Positions 49,681 through 58,476 of a stretch of 64,000 nt of DNA are shown here, in pieces (position 1 is the first letter of the stretch; each line of letters opens with the position of its first letter). The notes beneath the pieces are model-generated. The model saw only the letters and a list, made by a program, of their open reading frames with translations. It was not told the origin of the DNA and ran no database searches. Source of the stretch: Clostridia bacterium (lineage in GTDB: Bacteria; Bacillota; Clostridia; CAKSNL01; HGM11501); contig JAZQAZ010000034.1 in the NCBI GenBank assembly GCA_045545475.1, positions 1-64,000 on the forward strand, in the 5' to 3' direction. The translations under genes were made by a program, and so were the position numbers.

Positions 49681-50502
49681 CTAAATATCATTGGCATAAC
49701 GCTTTGGCGTTGTGCCTTTTATTTTTTTAAAAAGCTGAACGAAATAGGGAACGTCGGAAAAGCCTGAGCCTTCCGCCGCTTCCGACACGGAAGAGCCGTT
49801 TTTAAGCATCTTGCATGCCTCGGAAATCCTTACCCCGTTAAGATAGGAAAGGTATGTAATTCCCGCACTTTCCCGAAACTTTGTGCAGAAATAAAACTTA
49901 CTGTAGCCCATTTTTTCCGCTATGTCGGAAATAGAAATTTTCTCACGGAAATGAAGCTTGGTATAGTTTATAATTTCCCGAAGCTCACTTTCGTCAAAGG
50001 CGTTACCCGATGGGAGAACTTCCTCACGGCTGAAGGTGCGAAGATGAGAAAAAAGGGATACGGCAATGCTTGTTGCCGAAAATATATCTTCGGCTTTTGC
50101 CAAAGCGTTCACAATGGGCAAAATTTCATCAAAGCAGTCGGGATTTACGTCAATTGACATAAGGCTTTTTCCCTCGGATGCCAAAAGTGCCTCAAAGCTC
50201 AAAAAGGGCGAAAAGCCCTCGGGGGAAAGCTTTACGTTTAAGAGATTACCGCTGCTTTTTTTATAGCTCATTGAATGAACTGTTTCCGGCGGAATATAAA
50301 AAACCTGATTGCCCGACAGCTTATAGCGGTGTCCTCCTATAATCACCTCGCCCGTCGCCCCTGAAAAAAGCAAAATCTCAACAGTTTCCGCATAGTGGGG
50401 TGCGACAAGCTCATCACGGTCAAAGGTCGTATAAATCACCGAAAAAGGTATGCTTTTTGAAAAATCTTTATGCTCTTTAAAAGCGGTGAAAATATTGTTC
50501 AT
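49681..50502 (-). CDS. AraC family transcriptional regulator (cupin plus HTH)
   Basis: PHY...E cupin, IAEKMGYSKFYFC, GFSDVPYFVQLFKK.KGTTP. Confidence 0.92.
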   Translation of the reverse strand: MNNIFTAFKEHKDFSKSIPFSVIYTTFDRDELVAPHYAETVEILLFSGATGEVIIGGHRYKLSGNQVFYIPPETVHSMSYKKSSGNLLNVKLSPEGFSPFLSFEALLASEGKSLMSIDVNPDCFDEILPIVNALAKAEDIFSATSIAVSLFSHLRTFSREEVLPSGNAFDESELREIINYTKLHFREKISISDIAEKMGYSKFYFCTKFRESAGITYLSYLNGVRISEACKMLKNGSSVSEAAEGSGFSDVPYFVQLFKKIKGTTPKRYANDI

Positions 50503-50609
50503 AGCCCCATTATATATTAAATAACAAAATATTGCAACATTTTTCCTTAATATTTCCCATTGAAACGGGACTTTTTTCGCACTATAATATAATAAAAGGA
50601 GGTTTTATT

Positions 50610-51713
50610 ATGATTAAAGCTGTAATTATTGGTTGTGCACATATGCACGTTAACGAAATTGCCTTATATATAACCGAGGCGGAGGGGATAAATCTGGTTG
50701 CCGCCGCCGACCTTGTGCCGGATACCGCAGAAATCGTAAAGGCGAGATACACAAGGGACTGGAATAAGGAAAACATTAAAAATAACTATTGTGACAACAT
50801 TTACGACGACTATATTAAAATGCTTGATACTGAAAAGCCTGACTGGGCGTTTATCTTAACGGAGAACAAAAACAAGCCTGCCGTGGTGGAAGAGTGTGCA
50901 AAAAGGGGAATTAACGTAAGCATCGAAAAGCCCATTGCCGTAAGCTATGAAGAGGCATTAAAAATCGAAGAATCCGTTAATAAGTACGACATCGAGGCAA
51001 TTGTAAACTGGCCCGTAATCTGGCGCCCCTATATGTATGAAATGATAAATGCATATAGACTCGGTCTGGTGGGAGACCTTAAAAAGCTTTACTACATAAA
51101 CGGTCACACAGGCCCCCTTGGTGCAGGTGCAAAGCACAGAGGCGTTTCCGACACCGCCGAGGAAATGACGGACGAGGCAAGAAGCAAAACCTGGTGGTAT
51201 CAGAAGAATCAGGGCGGCGGTGCCATCCTTGACATTCTGTGCTACGGTGCAATGTATTCTGCACTATTACAGGAAGGCGATGCAAAAAGCGTTTATGCCT
51301 ATTCCGACAACTTAAATACGCCCTACTCCGATGCGGAGGACAACGTGAGTGCGGTAATCAAATACGATAACACCTACACCGTTGCCGAGGGAACATGGAC
51401 AATTCCTCAGCTTGTTCTTCCTGGCGGCCCCGTACTTATGTGCGAAAAGGGTGCAATTTACACTAAAAAGGAAGACGGTGTATGCACCGTTCTCGCTGTT
51501 GATATGTACGGAAATCCCTTGGAAATTCCCAAATGCGAATTTCCAAAGTATATGAAAAACATTGCAGAGCATCTTACTTATGTAAAGAAAACGGGTTCGC
51601 CCCTTACAAAGGAAGTAACCCTTTCACAGAATATGAAGGTTATGGCAATTTTAGATGCGGCGAAAAAATCCACCGAATCGGGATGCGAGGAAAAGGTAGT
51701 ATGCAGACCGTAA
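50610..51713 (+). CDS. Gfo/Idh/MocA family oxidoreductase
   Basis: IIGCAHMH, IEKP, GGGAILDILCYG; ATG 50610 behind AAGGAGG. Confidence 0.88.
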   Translation: MIKAVIIGCAHMHVNEIALYITEAEGINLVAAADLVPDTAEIVKARYTRDWNKENIKNNYCDNIYDDYIKMLDTEKPDWAFILTENKNKPAVVEECAKRGINVSIEKPIAVSYEEALKIEESVNKYDIEAIVNWPVIWRPYMYEMINAYRLGLVGDLKKLYYINGHTGPLGAGAKHRGVSDTAEEMTDEARSKTWWYQKNQGGGAILDILCYGAMYSALLQEGDAKSVYAYSDNLNTPYSDAEDNVSAVIKYDNTYTVAEGTWTIPQLVLPGGPVLMCEKGAIYTKKEDGVCTVLAVDMYGNPLEIPKCEFPKYMKNIAEHLTYVKKTGSPLTKEVTLSQNMKVMAILDAAKKSTESGCEEKVVCRP

Positions 51714-52480
51714 AAGGAATCGTCGCTGACATTCAGCGCTCATCCATCCACGACGGGCCGGGGATAAGAACCACCGTGTTCTTAAAGGGCTGTCCCTTAA
51801 ACTGCAGTTGGTGTCACAACCCCGAATGTATAAAAAAAGAGCCCGAAACCCTTTTCTATCCCGAAAAGTGCATCGGCTGTAATATGTGCGATAAGGGTTG
51901 TTTTTCCGGGGCAAAAGTCATTTGCGGAAAGGAAATGACTTCTTACGAGGTTTTAGCCGAGGTTATGCTTGATAAGGCATATTATAAAAACGATGGCGGC
52001 GTCACTTTCTCGGGGGGCGAGCCTATGCTGCAAAAGGAATTTGTGGCGCACCTTTCCGACCTTTGTCACGAAAACGGAATCAACACAGCCATTGAAACAT
52101 CAATGTATATTTTCGACAGCGACGTTTTATCGAAAATGGACTACATAATGTGCGACGTTAAAATATGGGATGACGAAAAGCACAAAAAATACACCGGCGT
52201 GTCGGGCGAAAAAATAAGGGAAAACATTAAAAAAGCGGATAAGCTTGGTATCCCGATTTTAATAAGAACGCCCATAATACCGGGAATTAATGACACGGTT
52301 GATGAAATTAAAAACATAAAAAGCTTCGTTATGTCCCTTGAAAATGCGGCAGGTTATGAGCTTTTGCCCTATCATCCGCTGGGAGACGGGAAGAGGGCGG
52401 CGTTGGGACTTATCGCACCCGAATTTAACATTCCCGAAAAAGAAAAAATGGAGGAATTAAAAAGCTATGCTCACATATAA
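51701..52480 (+). CDS. Glycyl-radical enzyme activating enzyme (radical SAM)
   Basis: HDGPGIRTTVFLKGCPLNCSWCHNPE, SGGEP, LLPYH; start at MQTVKG. Confidence 0.93.
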   Translation: MQTVKGIVADIQRSSIHDGPGIRTTVFLKGCPLNCSWCHNPECIKKEPETLFYPEKCIGCNMCDKGCFSGAKVICGKEMTSYEVLAEVMLDKAYYKNDGGVTFSGGEPMLQKEFVAHLSDLCHENGINTAIETSMYIFDSDVLSKMDYIMCDVKIWDDEKHKKYTGVSGEKIRENIKKADKLGIPILIRTPIIPGINDTVDEIKNIKSFVMSLENAAGYELLPYHPLGDGKRAALGLIAPEFNIPEKEKMEELKSYAHI

Positions 52481-54683
52481 AGACAGACTTTCAAGTATGA
52501 GGGAAACAAAAATCCGTCATACTCTCTTAAAAAGAAAGCAAAACGGCTTTACCGATTTAGACGATTTCGGCACAGTGCCCATTTCCGAGGGCTATGCCGT
52601 AACACCCTGGTACAACAGCGAAAACGGAAGCTTTTACGGACTTGACGGAATGTGTGAAAACTTCTGCCGTGTACTTGATGCCCACGAGCCATATGTTGAC
52701 CCCATGGAAATGCTTTGCGGTCGCTGGAGAGATATGCTTGTAAACTACAGAGGCGACCTTCACTATATGCCCGACTGGCTTAAGAACAACCTTAAAAATC
52801 TTGAGTTTATCAAAAACGGTGCCACAAATCAGTGGAGTAAGCGTTGGGACGAACAGCGTTTTCCCTATGACCACTTAAAGCCCTGGCAGGAAAAGTACAA
52901 CATCACCACCGGCATTGACGGGGATGCCCACTTTGCCTGCGACTATAAAATCGGCTTTGAGCTTGGCTTTGGCGGTTTCCTTGACAAAATTAAAAAATAC
53001 CGCGAAATAAATCCCGATAAAAAGGCGTTTTACGATGCGGAAGAGCGATGCGTTCTTGCGATAGTTGCCTTTATCGACCGCCATATTGCAAAAATCGGAG
53101 AGATGATAAAAACGGAAAACCGCTCCGAAATAAAGGAAAATCTTGAAACGATGAAAAAGGTCTGTGAAAATATTCGCCTGGGTGCACCGCAAACCTTCCA
53201 CGAGGCTTGTCAATGGACGGCGTTTTTCAACTGCGCATCCCGAATTTACACCCGTGACGGTGCAGGCTTTCAGCTTGACGGGCTTTTATATCCCTTCTAC
53301 GAAAAGGACGTAAAGGACGGAATAATAGACGATGAAACAGCAAAATTCTTAATTGCAAACCTTCTTTTAATTGATCCCCATTACTATCAGATTTCGGGCG
53401 TTGACGAAAATGATTGCGATATGACAAATAAGCTTTCCTACCTTATTCTTGACGCGGCAGATTCCATAAACATCGCCTGCAACTTAACCGTAAGGGTGCA
53501 TCCTGCCTGCGATAAGGAGTTTCTTAAGAAAGCGGTTTCCTGCCTTCTTAAAAATAAAAACGGATGGCCCAGATTCTGTAACGATAAAGCTCTTTGCGAG
53601 GGCTATATGAGAAACGGCGTGGACAAGAAAACCGCCCGTGAAAGAATTGCCGTGGGCTGTAACTGGATGTGCGTGCCCGGCAAGGAATTCCCCATGAATG
53701 ACACGGTAAAAATCAACGTGGCAAAGGTTATGGAAGAAGCCTTAAAGGATATGAAATCGGAAAAGGAAAAATCCACCACCCGACTTTTTGAAATTTACAA
53801 TGAGCATCTTAAAAAAGCGGTTGAAATCACCGCCGAGGGCATAAATCTTCATATTGACCACGCCCACGACGTAACCCCCGAGCTTATTATGAATTTAATG
53901 ATGCATAACACTTTGGAAAAAGGCCTTGATATATCAGAGTGTGCCTCTCTTTACACCGTGGGCATTGACGGAGCGGGCCTTGCTGTGGTTGCCGATTCCT
54001 TCGGTGCTATGGAAAGCCGCATCGAAAAGGAAAAACTTCTTACCTGGGATGAGCTTTACGGGGCACTGGAGAGTAATTTTGCCGATGAGCGAATCCGCCT
54101 TATGTTAAATTCAGCACCCCGCTACTGCGGCGGCGAAACGGTGTCGGATATTTGGGCAAATCGTCTTACAGAGTCCTGGGTTAAAACCGTCAAGGGGCAG
54201 AAAATGCCTGAGGGCAGGTGTTTAGTTCCCGGTTGGTTTTCCTGGAGCAGAACCATTGAATATGGTTCTAAGGTTGGCGCAACCCCCAACGGCAGAAGGG
54301 CAGGGGAGCCCATTTCCCATGGTGCAAACCCCAATCCCGGCTTCCGTCGTGACGGTGCCGTTACCGCGCAGAGCGAGGGCATCGCAAAAATTCAGTGCGG
54401 CTACGGAAACACAGCACCGTTGCAGCTTGAGTTTGATCCCAATCTTGCAAATGACGAGGCGGGAATTGACACGGTTACAAGCTTAATTGAAGCACATTTT
54501 GAAAACGGCGGAACATTAATAAACATCAACATCCTTGATAAGGATAAGCTTCTTGCCGCCAACGAAAACCCCGACCTTTACCCCGACCTGGTTGTAAGAG
54601 TAACAGGCTTCACCGCATATTTTGCAAGCCTTTCACCACGTTTCCGTCAGCTTGTGGTAGACAGGTTCTTAGAAGGTATGTAA
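52467..54683 (+). CDS. Glycyl-radical enzyme, PFL-like fold, unassigned subclass
   Basis: C-terminal YPDLVVRVTGFTAYF glycyl motif, GATPNGR, Cys loop AVGCNW; adjacent activase. Confidence 0.9.
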   Translation: MLTYKDRLSSMRETKIRHTLLKRKQNGFTDLDDFGTVPISEGYAVTPWYNSENGSFYGLDGMCENFCRVLDAHEPYVDPMEMLCGRWRDMLVNYRGDLHYMPDWLKNNLKNLEFIKNGATNQWSKRWDEQRFPYDHLKPWQEKYNITTGIDGDAHFACDYKIGFELGFGGFLDKIKKYREINPDKKAFYDAEERCVLAIVAFIDRHIAKIGEMIKTENRSEIKENLETMKKVCENIRLGAPQTFHEACQWTAFFNCASRIYTRDGAGFQLDGLLYPFYEKDVKDGIIDDETAKFLIANLLLIDPHYYQISGVDENDCDMTNKLSYLILDAADSINIACNLTVRVHPACDKEFLKKAVSCLLKNKNGWPRFCNDKALCEGYMRNGVDKKTARERIAVGCNWMCVPGKEFPMNDTVKINVAKVMEEALKDMKSEKEKSTTRLFEIYNEHLKKAVEITAEGINLHIDHAHDVTPELIMNLMMHNTLEKGLDISECASLYTVGIDGAGLAVVADSFGAMESRIEKEKLLTWDELYGALESNFADERIRLMLNSAPRYCGGETVSDIWANRLTESWVKTVKGQKMPEGRCLVPGWFSWSRTIEYGSKVGATPNGRRAGEPISHGANPNPGFRRDGAVTAQSEGIAKIQCGYGNTAPLQLEFDPNLANDEAGIDTVTSLIEAHFENGGTLININILDKDKLLAANENPDLYPDLVVRVTGFTAYFASLSPRFRQLVVDRFLEGM

Positions 54684-54701
54684 TAAGGAGAGGTAAAAAA
54701 G

Positions 54702-54797
54702 AGATTCTTCCTCGGCATAGCCTTCATCAGAATGACATAGGTGTACTATGCTGTCATTCTGATAGAGGGGATTCTGAAAGCCCCGAAGGAAGAATCT
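54702..54797. repeat. GTCATTCT-type paired palindromic repeat
   Basis: Outer AGATTCTTCC/GGAAGAATCT and inner ATCAGAATGACA/TGTCATTCTGAT inverted repeats. Confidence 0.75.
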
Positions 54798-54806
54798 GAA
54801 AAAGGA

Positions 54807-55051
54807 GATGTAAAAAAAGTCCAGACCGCAAAAAGGCAAATAAATTAGTGGGTTGGGCAAAGTTACAAACTCTATGTTGTAAAATAGTGTTGAAAAATCG
54901 CATTCCTGCGATTTTTCTTCATTTTGAGCCTTTTTGCTACGAACAAACTTCACCCTCAACGTATCTATATACGCCTTCGGGTAACTTTCGAAAAGTCTGT
55001 AAACAGACTTTCTCAATTCAGTTTGTCCGTTCTGAAGCATTTTTTCCTATC
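54807..55051. repeat. Dispersed structured repeat, copy B (homologous to 24473-24657)
   Basis: Same four conserved blocks in the same order as copy A. Confidence 0.8.
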
Positions 55052-55057
55052 TCCTGA

Positions 55058-55089
55058 AAAAGGGGCTGTAATTATTTTACAGCCCCTTT
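55058..55089. terminator. Terminator for the 55088 gene
   Basis: aaaggggctgtaa-ttatt-ttacagccccttt. Confidence 0.75.
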
Positions 55090-57922
55090 ATTTTACAAGA
55101 TATGCACTTATTTCCTTTACGGTAATTGTACCTGCACCGGTATCTGTTTTGGGTGTAACGGATATTTTCTTAACACAGATTGGTTTTGTGAAAGTGTAAA
55201 GGGATGCACCTGTTGTTATGTCATAGTCGCTGACTCCAACGGACAGTTTATTTCCCTCCGAGTCATATATGTGAACTTCCATTTTCATATATTCATCTGA
55301 TAAGACTGCCGAAATGCTTACACCATCTATCACAAGACCTTCTTTGCCGGGAAACTCCACCATAAGAGTTTTGTCATGAAGAAAATCAATGACTTCTGCA
55401 CTGTCTGTTTCATCAAGAACTGCGGCGGCGGGAAGGTAGGAGGTGTCCTTTTCTATCTTATAGGCGGACCACCCTGTTTTGTTTACGAAAGCCTTTTCTC
55501 CTGTGGAAGCGTTAAGTGTTGCTATAGTTTCGTCGTTATTTTTTGCTGTGAAGAGACCGCCTATGGCAATGCCACCAAATACGATAATGGCAATAGAGGC
55601 GATGAGAACCATGAACTTGAAGTTTTTTCCGGAAACTATTTTATTGAAAACACGTTTAATCGGGGAATAATGCTCGCTTACTATTCCGGATATAACTTTT
55701 TTGAATTCCAAAGTGAGGTCTTTATATTCAGGGTGAAGTACCGATACATTATCAAGCTCTTTTTTCAGCTTTTTTATATTACGGTCATTGGTTAAAAGTG
55801 TATTGTGACGAATGAAAAATTTACGCAGTGACTCATAAAATGATGTGAGGACGGTAAAGTCTGTTCTGATTCCGGGGATATCCCTTACAATACGCCCGTT
55901 TTTGGTCATAGGTGGAATAAAGAGGTTTGATGATAAAAACCACTCTATGAATTCAAAGGGAGGAATTGATTGCTCCTTATCTATAAATTCCAGAATGCTG
56001 TCAAAATCCACCTGAGCACGGGAATCCTTTGAACCGTAAATATAAAACAAAATTATGTAAACAATGCGTCTCGGAGAGTCCTTCTTTTCCTTTATACAAC
56101 GGAGAAGTAGGGCTTTGAGCAAATCTTCTTTAGCTTTACCGTCTGATTGAGAGTCTGCAAAGTTTGCCCTTATGTTTTCAAAACCGAAGGCATCATAGTG
56201 AACAAATGACATGGCCATATCGTTGGTTAATGCCATTATTTCCTTTGCAGCCATTGCGATTTTGTGTTTGACAGTACATTCTTCGTTGATTGCTTCTCCG
56301 TCGGCAAGGGGGAATTTTTCAATTTTTGCAAGGTTGAGCTCCGAAATATCCAGCGTGGTCATATAGTTTTCAAGAGCATAACGATAAATTACGTTAAAGA
56401 GGGAGGCGTTATCAGGATGCTTGTCTTTAAGGGCAAGACACTTCTCCTCAAGATACTTAACTGCCTCAAAGCGGTCGCCCGAAGTATCATAAAGTTGCAT
56501 TGCTCTTTGCTGTATCATTGATATAATAAGCTCGCTGTCGGCAAGCTGAGGCATTTCGGAAAAAATACTGTCCGCAAATTCCATAACCGAATGAACGGTT
56601 TTACGCTGTTCGATAAGATAGGTGAAATAGCGTGTTATTAAGCGGTTGCTTTTTGCCATTTTATGCTCTATTAATTTGTTATACAGCTCGCTGCTTCCTC
56701 TGGATGAGTCGATGTGCATGAAAAGAATTTCATTTTCCGAGGATTTAAGGCAGGAATCTATATCCAGCGTTATAAGGTCATAAAGTTCGTCTTTCTGCTT
56801 TTCTGGACAAAGGTCGTATGTTGAAACCAGTCTTTTGAGAATTTCCGGAGGGATCAGTATTTCCTTGCTTTTAATATAGCGTCTGTAAAGCTTTATAAAT
56901 TCAGAATAAGAGGCGAGCAGACCTGGTTTGTCATCAGAACGCAAAAATTCTGCAAAAACTGTTGTAATTCTGCCGAGTCTTTGAGGAAGTGTTTCCTCGT
57001 TATCCTTTAAGTTATATATATAGGCAAGGTCGTTATAAAAACGCAGTGACAGAATTTTTTCTGTGGGAAAAGCACGTTCAGCTTCTCTGGCAAAAGCAAA
57101 AAAGTCTGAAAGTGAGGTGCCTGTGGCAAAGCTTGTTGATACAAAGGAAAGGTATTCCTCAGAAAGAGCTTCCTTTGTGTCAGGAACCTGAGAACGGTTT
57201 TTCTTGCTGAAATTGAATATATAATCCTTTGAAGCGTCATAGGATTCGATTGAAAATCTTCCGCTGGGCGAGACTTTATCGTCGGGAATAAAGTAGATAT
57301 TTATTTCGGGGCGAATCTCTGTTTCTCCGAAAAGAGTGCAAAAGCCGGTTTTGCTTCTCATAAAAAAGGGAAGGTATTCGTAGAGTCCGTACATTATGGC
57401 ACATATTTTATCAATGTCTGTTTTTCTGGGAAGAGCAATGAAAATTTTTCTGTTTTGCTCAACAGATGCGAAAACAGCGGCGAGAAGTGCCATGTATTCT
57501 GTATGAGACATGTTAAGGGAGGCAAAAGCTTTTTTCAGGAAAGTGCTGCGTTCTTTTGTAAAAGGAAGTTCCTTTAGCGACGGCAGATATGGGTTTTTTG
57601 CATCATCGGGTTCAGGGAGAGCCAAAATGGCAGCAGGGTCGGAAACAACGGCAGATACATCATCCTGAGGAATGATGTAATTATGGATGCAGGAATAAGG
57701 TTCTGTAGCCGATTTCATTCCCGTGCCGATTAAAAGACCGCCACCCGATAAAGGAATGAAGCTTTTGTATCCGGGCGAGTCTTTGCCCTCTAGATAAAAG
57801 AGATCCAGCATGGAGTAAAAAGGACGGATTGCATTGTCGATATATTCTTCGGTTAACGTTGTGGATTTTGAAGAAGTTTCAAGTCCAATTCCCGTTTTTA
57901 TGTAAATTTGCTGTTCTATCAT
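55088..57922 (-). CDS. Large membrane-anchored hypothetical protein; N-terminus resembles GAP1-N2 domains
   Basis: 944 aa; MIEQQIY start, long helical body, one TM near residue 780, beta-rich C-terminal domain. Confidence 0.7.
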   Translation of the reverse strand: MIEQQIYIKTGIGLETSSKSTTLTEEYIDNAIRPFYSMLDLFYLEGKDSPGYKSFIPLSGGGLLIGTGMKSATEPYSCIHNYIIPQDDVSAVVSDPAAILALPEPDDAKNPYLPSLKELPFTKERSTFLKKAFASLNMSHTEYMALLAAVFASVEQNRKIFIALPRKTDIDKICAIMYGLYEYLPFFMRSKTGFCTLFGETEIRPEINIYFIPDDKVSPSGRFSIESYDASKDYIFNFSKKNRSQVPDTKEALSEEYLSFVSTSFATGTSLSDFFAFAREAERAFPTEKILSLRFYNDLAYIYNLKDNEETLPQRLGRITTVFAEFLRSDDKPGLLASYSEFIKLYRRYIKSKEILIPPEILKRLVSTYDLCPEKQKDELYDLITLDIDSCLKSSENEILFMHIDSSRGSSELYNKLIEHKMAKSNRLITRYFTYLIEQRKTVHSVMEFADSIFSEMPQLADSELIISMIQQRAMQLYDTSGDRFEAVKYLEEKCLALKDKHPDNASLFNVIYRYALENYMTTLDISELNLAKIEKFPLADGEAINEECTVKHKIAMAAKEIMALTNDMAMSFVHYDAFGFENIRANFADSQSDGKAKEDLLKALLLRCIKEKKDSPRRIVYIILFYIYGSKDSRAQVDFDSILEFIDKEQSIPPFEFIEWFLSSNLFIPPMTKNGRIVRDIPGIRTDFTVLTSFYESLRKFFIRHNTLLTNDRNIKKLKKELDNVSVLHPEYKDLTLEFKKVISGIVSEHYSPIKRVFNKIVSGKNFKFMVLIASIAIIVFGGIAIGGLFTAKNNDETIATLNASTGEKAFVNKTGWSAYKIEKDTSYLPAAAVLDETDSAEVIDFLHDKTLMVEFPGKEGLVIDGVSISAVLSDEYMKMEVHIYDSEGNKLSVGVSDYDITTGASLYTFTKPICVKKISVTPKTDTGAGTITVKEISAYLVK

Positions 57923-57992
57923 ATCCTTTTCCTCCTTTTTTGAAATTCATAAATATATTCTATCAAAAGTCAGTACATTTTTCAAGTTATTC

Positions 57993-58021
57993 TTGACAAA
58001 TGAATGAAAATTTTTTATAAT
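57993..58021 (+). promoter_or_regulatory. tRNA promoter
   Basis: Perfect TTGACA-17 nt-TATAAT. Confidence 0.85.
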
Positions 58022-58041
58022 ATTAAATGTTGTGAATATAT

Positions 58042-58117
58042 GCTGGTGTGGCTCAGTCGGTAGAGCAATTGATTCGTAATCAATAGATCGTCGGTTCAAG
58101 TCCGATCACCAGCTCCA
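58042..58117 (+). tRNA. tRNA-Thr (CGT)
   Basis: 76-nt cloverleaf, anticodon arm ATTGA-TTCGTAA-TCAAT, encoded CCA. Confidence 0.95.
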
Positions 58118-58158
58118 AAAAAGAGAGAGCTACGCAAAGCGTGGCTCTCTCTTTTTTG
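58118..58158 (+). terminator. Intrinsic terminator after tRNA-Thr
   Basis: aaaaagagagagctacgc-aaa-gcgtggctctctcttttt. Confidence 0.85.
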
Positions 58159-58170
58159 AATCTTAATGAC

Positions 58171-58255
58171 GGACTTGAAAGGGCGGTCCAAACAAACAGT
58201 CCGGCGGACTGTTTGTCCGCCCGTGGCTTTTCCGCAGAAAAGCAAGTCCGATCAC
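58171..58255. repeat. tRNA-linked palindromic element ending in a copy of the tRNA 3' arm
   Basis: GGACTTG...CAAGTCC outer inverted repeat, ACAAACAGTCC/GGACTGTTTGT inner hairpin; CAAGTCCGATCAC duplicates 58097-58109. Confidence 0.75.
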
Positions 58256-58476
58256 AAATAAAAGTATAGCTGTTTTTTGAATTTGTAATTGGCGGAGCGA
58301 ACTTGTCTTAGGCGAAATTACCCGAAGGGAATTTAGCCGGAGGCAACGCTCAAGGTCCGCCGTGAGGTTAAGCGTTGACTGATTATGGGAGCGAACTTGT
58401 CTGGCGTGTTTTTTTCTATTGAAAAAGACACAATAATATGATAAAATTTATTTATTAATATTTGACGGTGATAAAA

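Noticed and set aside
52467-54683. Pyruvate formate-lyase (pflB) assignment
   Set aside because: Lacks the adjacent Cys-Cys active site of true PFL
54669-55199. ORFs 54669-55040, 54848-55057 and 54924-55199
   Set aside because: They run through palindromic repeat elements and terminators; not credible proteins
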